From: Octopus vulgaris
Taxonomy: Eukaryota
NCBI GenBank assembly: GCA_951406725.2
Contig: OX597814.1
Location: forward strand, 32,550,001-32,614,000
Direction of reading: 5' to 3'
DNA: 64,000 bases
Shown: positions 13,037 to 25,982 of the stretch, one piece after another
Layout of the letters: each line of letters starts with the position of its first letter
How positions within the stretch are numbered: position 1 is the first letter of the stretch
The notes under the pieces: model-generated
Seen by the model: the letters and a program-made list of their open reading frames with translations, nothing else
The model's database searches: none
Told to the model about the DNA's origin: nothing
Program-made: the position numbers and the translations under genes

Positions 13037-13310
13037 TATATACACTCTATATTGTATATAAATAATACCAACATTTCATGTGGTAAGTTTGATATTAGTA
13101 AGAAATGAAGTGAGTGTGAGTGTGTGTGTGTGTGTGTGCGTGTGTGGTGTATATGTGCCTAGATGGAATTAAAAAGCTTTCGGCCTTAGCCATAGGCTCA
13201 TAAAACAGGTTTCCTGGATTCCGTGGGGTATTTTTCCACGTTCAGGAATCGAAAACACAATCCTATAGCTCTGCGTGCAACACCCTAACCACTAAGCCAT
13301 ACATTTCCAG

Positions 13311-14090
13311 TCATCTTGTGTTGGTTCTCTTTAGAATGTCTTCATTGGTTACATAGTCTGCCAGTACTTTCGGAATCCTTCTCAAACGTCTTTGGTGGAA
13401 CACATATAGCCTTATATCGATTTTCACAATGCTCTTCCATTTTTCACAAGCACAGAAAACCGTGGGTGGAACTATGTTATTACGGCTTCGGATCTTTGTG
13501 TAAGATGGTGATGCAGGAATACCTAATACGATCGCAACTTTGACAACTCCATAGTTGTCATTAGCCTTAATGTAGCCATTGTCACTCATTGTGAACCTGG
13601 AAGCACTCCGTCGGTTACGACGACGAGGGTTCCGGTTGATCCGAATCAACGGAACAGCCTGCTCGTGAAATTAACGTGTAAGTGGCTGAGCACTCCACAG
13701 ATACGTGTACCCTTAACGTAGTTCTCGGCGATATTCAGCGTGACACAGAGAGTGACAAGGCCGGCCCTTTGAAATACAGGTACAACAGAAACAGGAAGTA
13801 AGAGTGAGAGAAAGTTGTGGTGAAAGAGTACAGCAGGGATCACCATCATCCCCTGCCGGAACCTCGTGGAGCTTTTAGGTGTTTTCGCTCAATAAACACT
13901 CACAACGCCCGGTCTGGGAATCGAAACCGCGATCCTATGACCGCGAGTCCGCTGCCCTAACCACTGGGCCATTGCGCCTCCCATTGTGAATCTATCTACT
14001 GTTTCGATAGGGTCGTCATTTATATTCTTCATAGCTTTCGGCTTCTCTACACTGATTCTCAAACTAATCTTTCCAGTATTCTGTGTACAA
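13311..14090 (-). pseudogene. RTE-clade LINE reverse transcriptase C-terminal remnant interrupted by SINE-B
   Basis: Translation ...IVPPTVFCACEKWKS...RLYVFHQRRLRRIPKV...VTNEDILKRT, typical of the RTE ORF end. Confidence 0.65.
13598..13981 (-). mobile_element. SINE-B, full length
   Basis: Matches the other SINE-B copies; TSD CATTGTGAA(C/T)C at 13587 and 13982. Confidence 0.92.
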
Positions 14091-14428
14091 GTATGGGTGT
14101 ATATTTCACATAGAGGGGAAAATGGATAAACTGGTGTTGTTGAAAAGTGTTATTTATGAATTTGAATTGCTCAGATACTTTCTTTTCATTATCATTAAAA
14201 TAATTGATGCAGTGAGTCGGTGGAGTCATTAGCGCACAGTTAAAACTGCTTACAGGGATTTCTTTTATCTACTTTACGCTTAGATTTCATTACTACCGAG
14301 GTCAACTTTGTCCCTCATTCTTTTGGGTTGATAAATTAAAATGCCTGTTAAATACTACCCTCGACATAACCAACTTGCCCCGACTTGCCCCGTTCCTTCA
14401 AATCGCTGGCCTTGTTCTAAAATCAAAA

Positions 14429-14678
14429 TAAAATAAATGCGCCCTTTTAAAGCCTAGCCAGGCTCATGGGCCCGGTATCAATGGCGTATGAGTTCCCCAG
14501 CTGGACGGGACGCCAGTCCATCGCAGCGTTACTCATTTTTGCCAGCTGAGTGGACTGGAGCAACGTGAAATGAAGTGCTTTGCTCAAGAACACAACGTGT
14601 CGCCCGGTCCAGGAATCGAAAGCACACTCTTACAATCATGGTACTGAGACCCTAACCACTAAGCCACGCACCTCCACA
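14429..14678 (-). mobile_element. tRNA-derived SINE family D inserted into the tail of an old SINE-C (14205-14700, +)
   Basis: Homologous to 33051-33305; TSD CTAAAATCAAAA at 14417-14428 and 14679-14690. Confidence 0.85.
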
Positions 14679-16465
14679 CTAAAATCAAAAGCAATGATTA
14701 AAAAAAATAAGATAAGGCCAACGATATTATTGACCAAAATATGCAAGACATCAACTAGCTGTAAGAATTATACTTTTATTGTACCGCAGAAGCGTCATTA
14801 TGCCAATAATAAACACAGGCATTGGCTCCAATTTACTTCCTTTATGATCATTTGTCAATTCAAAAACATTAATCAATTACTCAATTGTTTGTTTAATCGT
14901 TCGGCTAATCAATCAGCTACGTCGGTCCAAGTTTTTCATTACCATTCGTGACCTCGTCAAGTCTCTTTGAAGTATATCTTCTTGTCACTTTCATTTTTTT
15001 TCAATAAATATACGACTTGCGTTGTAGAATTATTGTAAAATAGCAGCGAGGTATGGCTACAGACAGGCTTCGAAGTCCAGATGTATTTTTAAAAATTTAT
15101 CTGTCTAGCGAATACAGCAGATGGTTGTGTTATTATGCTACACAATAAGCCGAGAGCTAGTTTACTTGTATCTTATCAAAGAAAATGCCTCCTCTCCTTA
15201 GAACAGACATAATTCAACTGTCTAAGAAAATACTGACATGTCGTGCAGGTCATCTCGTTAAAATAGCGTGAAATCGCTTGAATATAATGATGCAGCACGA
15301 ATTTTGTCAGTAAACAGGTCGCGGTCTCAAAGCGACGAAAAGATTTTGACAAATTAAATTTAAATGTTGAAGTGAATTTAACGGATTTTGTGTGTTTCTT
15401 TAATGGCTTATAAACACCTTCCACGCTGCAATTGTTTTCGTTCCAGCACTCGATCTCACTTTAATCAGGTCACTTGTTATGCAAGTACATCTCCACTTTA
15501 ATATATTTCTACCTTTAATCACCACTTGATATCAGTACCTTCAATGCTTTCCGAACACCTGATAGGCTTACAAATCTACCATCGTCATAACTATCTGTAG
15601 AATAACTCTTTCTATTGGGAATATGTAACATCAAATGTAATATCAATATGAGAAACTCTTATAACTGAACGGAACATCGAGTAATAGAAATGTTAAGACA
15701 CAGAAGATGGTTTATTTAAAATAAAAGCAACCGAATATGTGAGTGTGTGTGTAAGTATATTATTTTGTTCTTTGACTTGCTGTAGTCCAGAACTTAGTTT
15801 ATTTTTGTCGAACGGCTAAGTTACGATGACGTAAAAAACAACAACACCTGTTTTTAGGTTGATGTTAGGTACATACAAATGTTTGGGTCTGTGAGTGTGT
15901 ATTTCCGATTGTTATGTTTATAAAAATCCTTGAAATAGTTATGTAACAAACAAGTATTTTTAACCTGTTTGTAAAAATCTTCTTGAAATATATTTTGTGC
16001 GATACTTAAGATTTTTTCCTTTCTTTGCTTCTCTTTTACTTCTGTCTCTGTCCCTGTCTCTCTCTTTCTCTCGCTTTCCTTTCTTAATACTCTCCTCTGT
16101 TTCTTCTATACGACTCTCTTTATCTCTCCGCCCACTATCACGTGACCTGTGTCTATATAAGCTCCTGTCATTCTTTTTTCTTTGGCCACCGTCTTGGTCG
16201 GTGACGCTTCTTTGTGATCCTTCATTTTTCCTCCACAGTTTGTTTACTTCTTCCGTCATTCTGCACTTCTTGTGTCTCCAGTCGTTTAGGACTTTTCCAT
16301 TTCCTTTTGCGTTACCCACATTCGCCTGTCTGATAATCGAAATTTTTGTTGTTGTATATGTACAATTATAATTATTTGTTTTCGACATTGTCCTGTGGGT
16401 TTAACTATTCCCAGTGGCTTTTTTGCATTGGCACCTCCAATGAAGGAGTAGTCTCAACGATAACT

Positions 16466-16515
16466 TTTTATTCCATAGCAGTTACCTCACCTGAGGTAAC
16501 TGCTATGGAATAAAA
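16466..16515. repeat. Perfect 24-bp inverted repeat with 2-nt spacer
   Basis: TTTTATTCCATAGCAGTTACCTCA-CC-TGAGGTAACTGCTATGGAATAAAA. Confidence 0.95.
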
Positions 16516-16749
16516 TATTGTGGCTGCTCTCTGTTGTTGGAGATTCATAAACACATTCCGTGTGTGGTTGCTGCGAAAAAGATGATGAAACGAACTGAGC
16601 AGGGGTTGAGTTGAGAGTTATGTTCTTTTATATCAAAACATCGTCTCTGGGAGTGGTTTAGTTTGCAAGTCGGCAAGAGTTTTCTGGCACCGCATTGAAT
16701 AATTTTTTGTCAAATGTGTCAACAACTGTACTTGTTTTTAAAATACTGA

Positions 16750-17041
16750 TACTTATTATATCAGTCTCTTTTGTCGAACCACAAAATCACGGGGATGTAA
16801 ACGTACCAGTACCGGTTGTCAAGCGGTGTTAGGGAGACAAACACAGACACAAAAACACACATTTATATATACATATATGCGACGGACTTCTTTCAGTTTC
16901 CGTCTAACAAATCCACTCACAAGGCTTTGTTGGCCACAGGCTATGGTTTAAGACACTTGCCGAAGGTTCAACGCAGTGGGCTTGATCTCCAAGTCATGTG
17001 TTTGGGAAACAAGCTTCTTACTACACAGCCACTCCTACACC
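16750..17041 (-). mobile_element. SINE-A, 3'-truncated and diverged
   Basis: Similarity to other SINE-A copies, ending ACACAGCCACTCCTACACC. Confidence 0.8.
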
Positions 17042-17068
17042 TCCCGCAGGAAAGTGTTTTACAATATT

Positions 17069-17280
17069 CATTTCTCCTCTAAGCACAAGGCCCGAAATTT
17101 TGGGGAAGGGAGCCAGTCGATTACATCGACCCCAGTACGCAACTGGTACTTAATTTATCGACCCTGAAATGATGAAAGGCAAAGTCGACCTCGGCGGGAT
17201 TTAAACTGAGAACATAAAGACAGTCGAAATACCCCTAAGCATTTCACCCGGCATGCTAACGATTCTGCCAGCTCACCGCC
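17069..17280 (-). mobile_element. SINE-C, short-tail variant, full length
   Basis: Head GGCGGTGAGCTGGCAGAA; TSD TTTACAATATT at 17058-17068 and 17281-17291. Confidence 0.88.
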
Positions 17281-18616
17281 TTTACAATATTGGGGTTTCC
17301 TTACAACATACAGTTTTAAATAGTCTTCGAAAAAGTGATGACAAATTAACCAGTTTTTGCTACTCCCTATACAGCATTTCAAGTTGACTTTTTATTTTAG
17401 ATAATACAAAGACACGTCAGACAGGATGAAATAAACTATATACCAATGGAAAAATTACGCTGGTTGGAATTCATCGATACGGTGTTTTGTGCGATCATCA
17501 CACTTTGTTGGTTCATTCATGGTTTAATAAAGGTAATCATTGAGTTATTAAGTAAATTACTTGTGACTAAATCAAATGCCTAATTGACAATGTTCCAGTA
17601 CAAGGAAGATGGTTAAGATGCGAATACAATTTGTTTGTGGTGCAGAATTATTTGTTGTGGTCGGTTGTCATCTCACACGCCATTCTAGCTTTTATTGTCG
17701 ACATCCCGCAGTTATGTAGTAACTACGTCACGTATGCTTACTTACGTTCAAATATAACCATACTCACACATACATTTGTTTGTATATATACACGTATATA
17801 TGTGTGCGTGCGCGTGCGTGTGTTTATGTATATATATGTATATGTATATCTATGTCTGTGCGTATACATACACTTAAATAAAAGTGCGCATATATATATA
17901 CCTATGTATACACATGCAAAGTATATGTGCATACAGATATATGATTTATATATACATATATAATGTGTGTGTGTGTATGTGTGCGCGGGCGCGTATAGCT
18001 TTTGTTTATATGAGATAACATGGAAATGAGAGAAAGACAGAAGTAGAGAGAGTGGGTATGGGGAGATGGTATAGAGATTGAACGATAAAGAAGCAAAGAG
18101 ATGAAATGTAAGATAGAAACACTGCGAAGAAATATACGCACTGAGGATACGACACATTGTATCAAGACAGTACCTGGAGGGGACAGACGATTTAGAACGT
18201 GACCAACAGACACGACAATAAAACAATACTGTTTTGTGTGTCCGCTACTTTCGTTTTTATTGTGTGTCATAAATGTAATTATATTTTGATTCTAGTTTAA
18301 GTTGTGTATGTGTTCCTTATGTTTTTAATGACATTATGATGGCAATTCGTTGCATTTTGATAAGAGTTATATAGTAAATAAATATTGATTCCCTATACAG
18401 GCACGAGGTCGACCCAGTTCTCCGCTGGTATTTATTTTATTGACTCTCGCTGGATGAAAAGCAGGATTCCTTTCGGTGAAATATGAAGTGAGTTCTGAGA
18501 TAGATAGAATATGTTCGTTTAACATTGATAGGGTCATATACTGACTATATACAGTTAGTATTTAAACTATATATATATCAATTTAAAAATGTATGCAACT
18601 ATCCATCAATTTATAT

Positions 18617-18851
18617 TCTTTTATTCTTTTATTTGTTTCAGTCATTTTGACTGCGGCCATACTGGAGCACCACCTTTTTAGTCGAGTAAATCAATCCGAG
18701 GACTTATTCTTCGTAACCTTAGTATTTGTTCTATCGGATTCTTATGCCAAACCGCTATGTTACGGGGACGTAGACACACCATCATCGGTTGTCAAGCGAT
18801 GTCGGGAGTGGGGGGACAAGCACAGACACACAAACATTCAAGCAAGTTTTT

Positions 18852-18913
<62 letters not shown>

Positions 18914-19074
18914 GATGGGTTTCTTTCAGTTTTCGTCTACCAAATGCACTCACAAGGCTTTGGTTGGCCCGAAGCTATAGTAGAAGACACTTGCCCAAGG
19001 TGCCAGGCAGTAGGACGGAAACCGGAACATGAGGTTGTTAAGCAAGCTAATAACTACACAGCCACTCCTGCCCC
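18617..19074 (-). mobile_element. SINE-A, full length, internal (TA)n
   Basis: Collinear with the 48-446 copy. Confidence 0.88.
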
Positions 19075-19282
19075 TATGTATATCAATCTATATTATCTAT
19101 CTTTCAATCAATTTATCTGTCAATCTATCTTTCTTTAGAAATGACTTGAGAGGATTTAAGAAGAAAGAAATGTGAATAATTGAGATGGATAGAAATGGTT
19201 CGCCCATTTCATACCACATTTTCTTGAAACAACCGTAAGGACTTTGAACTTTCACTGGATTTATCTATGGATTTCTCTTAAA

Positions 19283-19760
19283 AACTAGTACGACCACAAA
19301 CCCGAAGGCATAATCGAAAATGATAATGAAAAGATCCTGTGGGATTTTATGATTCAGTGCGACCATGAGATAGAGAATAGGAAACCAGACATAGTCTTAA
19401 TTGAGAAACAAAGCAAACTATGCTGGATGATAGATATAGCATGCCCAGCTGAAAACAAGGTATGCGATTAAGAAGGAAGAAAAGTCGAGAGAGACGACAG
19501 GTCCGCTTGGGAGGTTAAGAAGTTGTGGTCAATGAAAAAGATAGTAGTAGTACTAATAAATGTCGGAGCCCTGGGTACAGTGAGTAAAAATCTTGAGAAG
19601 TACATGGAACAAATTGAGGTTGCAATAAGGGTGGAGCACTTACAGAAAACAGCACTGCTTGGAACCGCTCCGATACTCTGGAAGGGGCTCGAAAAATAAG
19701 AGGTGTTACCTTAGTTCACTGGTAGTGAACAGCTGACACCGTAGAAGCTGTGCAAAGGCA
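19283..19760 (+). pseudogene. R4/Dong-like LINE 3' end (restriction-like endonuclease) followed by (TAA)/(TAC) arrays
   Basis: One frame reads YDHKPEGIIENDNEKILWDFMIQCDHEIENRKPDIVLIEKQSKLCWMIDIACP...VGALGTVSKNL...LQKTALLGTAPIL...* (stop 19697-19699), with an internal stop; PD..D RLE motif. Confidence 0.85.
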
Positions 19761-20165
<405 letters not shown>

Positions 20166-20399
20166 AGTGAGAAAGAAAGAGAGAGAGAGAGTGAACAGCA
20201 AGTAACCGAATTTCAATGAAGCTATATTGACACACGACCTTAAAAATTATCCTGTTGAACTAAACGATGTGTATGATGAAATGTAGTGATGGTTTAAAAA
20301 TAGCACTGGTATAAAATTAACTTTCCATCTCGTGTTGTAAGCCGGCAAATACGGTATATTTTTTTTATTGATAATCTAGCCTTAAAAAGTTTGAAAAAA

Positions 20400-20650
<251 letters not shown>

Positions 20651-21889
20651 CATGCACATCCCCATACACGCACACATGTACATGTGTATAATGTGTGTAT
20701 ATATATGCGAGTGTATATATGTGTGTGTGTGAATATGAATTTTTTTTTTATACACACACGCACACACATTTTTATGTGTCTGTGTATTTAAGTCTGTCTG
20801 TCTGAATGTGTGTATGTATGTATATATTTATGTATACCCGTGTACATGTAACTATATGTACAGTATATATAGCATGGGTGCAGCTACCTTAGCATTTTGA
20901 CTTTGGGTGTGTGAGTATAGATGCTAATGTGTGTATTTCTTTAGTCGATGGCAACGTGCTTTCGATAGGATTGTAGGCCAAAATGGTCTGTGAAAATGTA
21001 TACTTACTCGGCAAATCTCCTATCTTAATGCCATCGTCATCATTAAATTCGCTGGTTGCAGTACTACAATTAATGCTTTGAGCTCTATGATAAGTTCCAA
21101 CCGACTTAATTTTGATTTTATTTTGATCTACTCCTATACATTTTCATTAAGATCAATTGTCTCAAAACTTAGAAATGGAAAACATTACAGATGAACGATC
21201 TCAGTATTTGGTTTATTTACATATCTTAAATCACCCTAGTAAACTCATCCCAAAACATTCATTAGGTCAATGGTGTCTTCAAATCATGTCACCTGAGGAA
21301 ACAAATGGACGATACTATTATTATTATTTACATACTTACATGTATTATACAACATCGTACGAATTACATATTATTGTATGAAATATGGAGGAAAAATATA
21401 CTCCGTTTATAGAAAAGATTGTAATGTCGATTTGACATACATCCTAATTTAAATTATTAAATACACACACACATATGCACACGCACACACACCCACTCGC
21501 ACACACACGCACACACAACCGTTGTGTCTTGGGAGAGTCATAGCGCTCACGATAATAACACATACACTTGTTCAATACCACTTCTATATTGTTAGTGAAC
21601 TGTTTAAATATCTAACCGACTAACTAATCGATCGTTTGTTTAATGAGCTGATTTAAACAATAAATCGATTGTTTCTTAGTCAAAGTCCTTTAGTCTACCT
21701 TCACGACATTTTCAGTGACTAAGTGACTTATCCTCTTAGTCCTATGTCAGCAGAGCAATTACGTATGTATGCGGGTGCGTGTGTATATATATATATATAT
21801 ATACATATACCTGTACATACATACATACATACATACATACATACATACATACCTATACATACATGCACACACACACACATATATATTAT

Positions 21890-22135
21890 TTTCAACTCTA
21901 GGCACAAGGCCCGAAATTTTAGGGGAATGGGCTAGTCGATTAGATCGACTGGTACTTAATTTATCGTCCCCGAAAGGATGCAAGGCAAAGTCAACCTCGG
22001 CGGAATTTGAACTCAGAACGTAAAATTATCGACTGCTATTTGCAGTAAACATTGGCACCTTGGCAGACACGTTAGCACGTCGGCAGACGAAATGCTGCCA
22101 AGCATTCCGCCCGGCGTGCTAACGTGTCTGCCAAG
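21890..22135 (-). mobile_element. SINE-C short-tail copy carrying an internal 65-bp inverted duplication
   Basis: SINE-C body; 22019-22083 is the reverse complement of 22111-22175. Confidence 0.85.
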
Positions 22136-22402
22136 GCACCGACGCTTACTGCAAATAGCAGTCGATAATTTTACGACGCTATAGTAAAGTTTCACTATAT
22201 GTATTCTGATGTTCTGGCAAAGATGTGTACGGGCAGCAAACATAAAAAATTTCATCTTACCTCTAGGAAGAAGTTTAGATAAATGGACAACGCAGAATGG
22301 GATAATCTAGTACCAAGCTTTTGGACTCTTCAAATACGTTTGTTATCGTAAATTTGATTAGTCTTCTCCAGCTAGACTTACCTGGAGAGTATTTCACATA
22401 TT

Positions 22403-22633
22403 TATTTCTTTACTACCCACAAGGGGCTAAACACAGAGAGGACAAACAAGGACAGACAAACGGATTAAGTCGATTACATCGACCCCAGTGCGCAACTGGT
22501 ACTTAATTTATCGACCCCGAAAGGATGAAAGGTAAAGTCGACCTCGGCGGAATTTGAACTCAGAACGTAACGGCAGACGAAATACGGCTACGCATTTCGC
22601 CCGCGTGCTAACGCTTCTGCCAGTTCGCCGCCT
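22403..22633 (-). mobile_element. SINE-C long-tail monomer, full length, young
   Basis: TSD TATTTCACATATT at 22390-22402 and 22634-22646. Confidence 0.93.
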
Positions 22634-22760
22634 TATTTCACATATTGCTACACCAGTGCCAGTATATACACACGCACACGCACACACTCACATATACACG
22701 TATATGTGAGTCTTGGCGTGCGCATGTGCTTATGTAAATAGAACTATACTTATAAGAATA

Positions 22761-23761
22761 TACGATTGAGTGTTGAAAAGTTCCTTGCTTTGGATAAAAG
22801 AAAATACAGGAGTATTAGTTAATTATGATTTTATTCAGCATATTCCTCCATTCAGATTCGAGGCGCAATGGCCCAGTGGTTAGGGCAGCAGACACGCGGT
22901 CGTAGGATCGCGGTTTCGATTCTCAGACCGGGCGTTGTGAGTGTTTATTGAGCGAAAAACACCTAAAGCTCCACGAGGCTCCGGCAGGGGATGGTGGTGA
23001 TCCCCGCTGTACTCTTTCACCACAACTTTCTCTCACTCTTTCTTCCTGTTTCTGTTGTACCTGTATTTCAAAGGGCCGGCCTTGTCACTCTCTGTGTCAC
23101 GCTGAATATCCCCGAGAACTACGTTGAGGGTACACGTGTCTGTGGAGTGCTCAGCCACTTACACGTTAATTTCACGAGCAGGCTGTTCCGTTGGTCGGAT
23201 CAACCGGAGACCTCATCATCGTAACCGACGGAGTGCTTCCAATCCACTACTACCGAAGAAAAAACGGTATAAGCAGTTGAATACCAACCATACTGTTTCC
23301 TCTCAGCCCTAGCGTTTTGCATTGCATATTTTTTAATGTAACTTTTTAGTGAGATTTTATCAAAGTTCAAATCTCGCTATAGTCAAATTTAACTTTTATT
23401 CTTCGGTGTACTCTTTCACCACAACTTTCTCTCACTCTTACTTCCTGTTTCTGTTGTACCTGTATTTCAAAGGGCCGGCCTTGTCACTCTCTGTGTCACG
23501 CTGAATATCCCCGAGAACTACGTTAAGGGTACACGTGACTGTGGAGTGCTCAGCCACTTGAGAAGGCTGTTCCGTTGATCGGATCAACCGGAACCCTCGT
23601 CGTCGTAACCGACGGAGTGCTTCCATCCATTCAGATTCACACACATATTCCAGCTGTCCTTCGGTCACTCTAAGCCCTGTAAGAGAACTCGGAAGTTTGG
23701 GCCTCTCACGATATCTTTCGCAACACCCTTAAAATCAGGGACATTTAAGCATCCTCTCGTA
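22761..23761. mobile_element. Tc1/mariner-type MITE (~220 bp) split by the composite SINE-B insertion
   Basis: TIRs TACGATTGAGTGTTGAAAAGTTCC and GGACATTTAAGCATCCTCTCGTA; uninterrupted homologue at 36061-36279. Confidence 0.75.
22860..23625 (+). mobile_element. Composite SINE-B: full copy + 170 bp copied from the 9.5-kb locus + duplicated 3' half
   Basis: TSD TCCATTCAGATTC on both sides; 23241-23409 is the reverse complement of 9448-9616. Confidence 0.9.
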
Positions 23762-24242
23762 TAACATACAATTACAATAGCAGATATGTACACATCTAGG
23801 GTGCGAATATATTTATATGTTTGTATTCAGATATATTACAGTGTCTTAGATTATGTCCTGAATCACATGCTGCAATGTTAAGTGTATTAGTGTATGTCAC
23901 CTCTGTAGTGATTTTGAATGCGAGCTAAATTCGAGTTCAATTTTCATGAGTTTTCTTTTTTTACGAACAAGATTGTAAAGAAAATCAATTAAAATTGAAA
24001 AAACATTACTTCAAATTACAATAGTAACATACACTTTCTTAAAACAACCCATTCGTGTGCCTGATGTTATGCAGAATATGTGTTGACCTGCTGTTATGCA
24101 GCATAAATTATTCGCCTGGCGTTGTTGATCGCTTACAGCGTAATCACTAAACACGGTAACAGACAGGTTTTCCTTTCTTCCCTAATATGCACATAATGTA
24201 CACACACAAAGATACAGACACACACAATCACACACAAACACA

Positions 24243-24369
<127 letters not shown>

Positions 24370-24651
24370 GGGCATTAGGAGTTAAGAATGTCTTGGTAGA
24401 TCACCATTTAAAAAGAGCTGGTAATGTGACAACAGCGAGGTTACTAATTCCCATTTGATTGTTGTAGTATATAGCTGGAAGCGATGAATATAAAACATCT
24501 ATGAAAATTCCTTATGTATAATTAAGAGAGTCAAATGAAAAATTTGTGTAAAAGAAAATGTAGAAACATACAATAACTTCCCAACGAAATCTAATTTGAA
24601 TCATTTATATCAATGGCAAATTTCAATCATTTGTATCAATGGTGAGCAAGT

Positions 24652-24862
24652 TAGTTTTTTTTTTTTTTTCATTCCTGCTATTTCCCCACCGGTTTCATTC
24701 AACTACAAAACAAAAAAAAGTTAGAAAACAAAAATGTGTGTGTGCGTGTGCGTGTGTGTGTGTAAATATAGATATATATATATACACACATATGTAACAT
24801 ACGTATATATATACATATATATACATATATACATATACATACATATACATATATACATATAC

Positions 24863-24917
<55 letters not shown>

Positions 24918-25069
24918 CATACAAATATGCATACAGATATATATATACAGATATGCATGCATGTTATATATATATATATCCTTACTACTTTTGTTTTCTA
25001 ATTTCTTTTTTGTTTTGTAGATGAATGAAACCGGTGGGGAAATAGCAGGAATGAAAAAACAACAAACTA
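24652..25069. repeat. ~80-bp inverted repeats (24652-24734, 24989-25069) bracketing a TA/CA microsatellite
   Basis: TTCATTCCTGCTATTTCCCCACCGGTTTCATTCA versus TGAATGAAACCGGTGGGGAAATAGCAGGAATGAA. Confidence 0.9.
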
Positions 25070-25121
<52 letters not shown>

Positions 25122-25529
25122 TGTATATATACATATATGTATACATACATATATGTATACATACATACACGGATACATATATATATACACATATATATAT
25201 ATACATGCTCAATTCATACATACATACACACAGATATGTATGTATTATGTATAGATATGTATATATTGTCGCTAATTTGTGAATATTAGTGAACAAATAT
25301 AAAGTGGATAATGTTGCTAGGCAACCAGACATATATCGCATTTCTTGCAGCCAATATTTGCATTTATTTTAGCATCTTTTATTCAATTGAATTTAATGTG
25401 CTCTTTCTTAAATATATTTATTTCGCTGAATTTATTTACAAAGAACACACACACGCATGTACACATTTATATATATATATATATATATATATAATACATG
25501 AATATATATATATATATATATATATTACA

Positions 25530-25565
<36 letters not shown>

Positions 25566-25946
25566 CATATATATATATATATACATATACATATTGTGCC
25601 CACACTCTCATACGTAAACTCACACGTACGCGCACGGAGAGGAAAACACAAACACATTGATCCAAAAATACGAAATGACAGAACACGTGTAAACATATAG
25701 ATTCAGGAGCATGCACGAAAAAAGTGTATGCCTACATTTGTACACTACATAGATGTAGGTAAGTGCATATATAATGTATATCTCTACGAACTGTAAAAAT
25801 TATGTATGCCTGTGTATCTATGTTTGTACATGAACATAGATATATACATAAACATTTTGATATTATTTGTCTGTGTGTGTATACATTTATATATGCGTCC
25901 ATATGTGTTCATGGATGTATGTATAATTTTCCTTATATATATATAT

Positions 25947-25982
<36 letters not shown>

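Noticed and set aside
15960-16388. 142-aa Arg/Lys/Glu-rich ORF resembling an SR-like protein
   Set aside because: Arises from a GA-rich low-complexity tract, probably repeat-derived
18138-18180. CTGAGGA-TAC...GTA-TC-AAGA hammerhead-like motif upstream of an AATAAA
   Set aside because: GAAA core and cleavage triplet are absent
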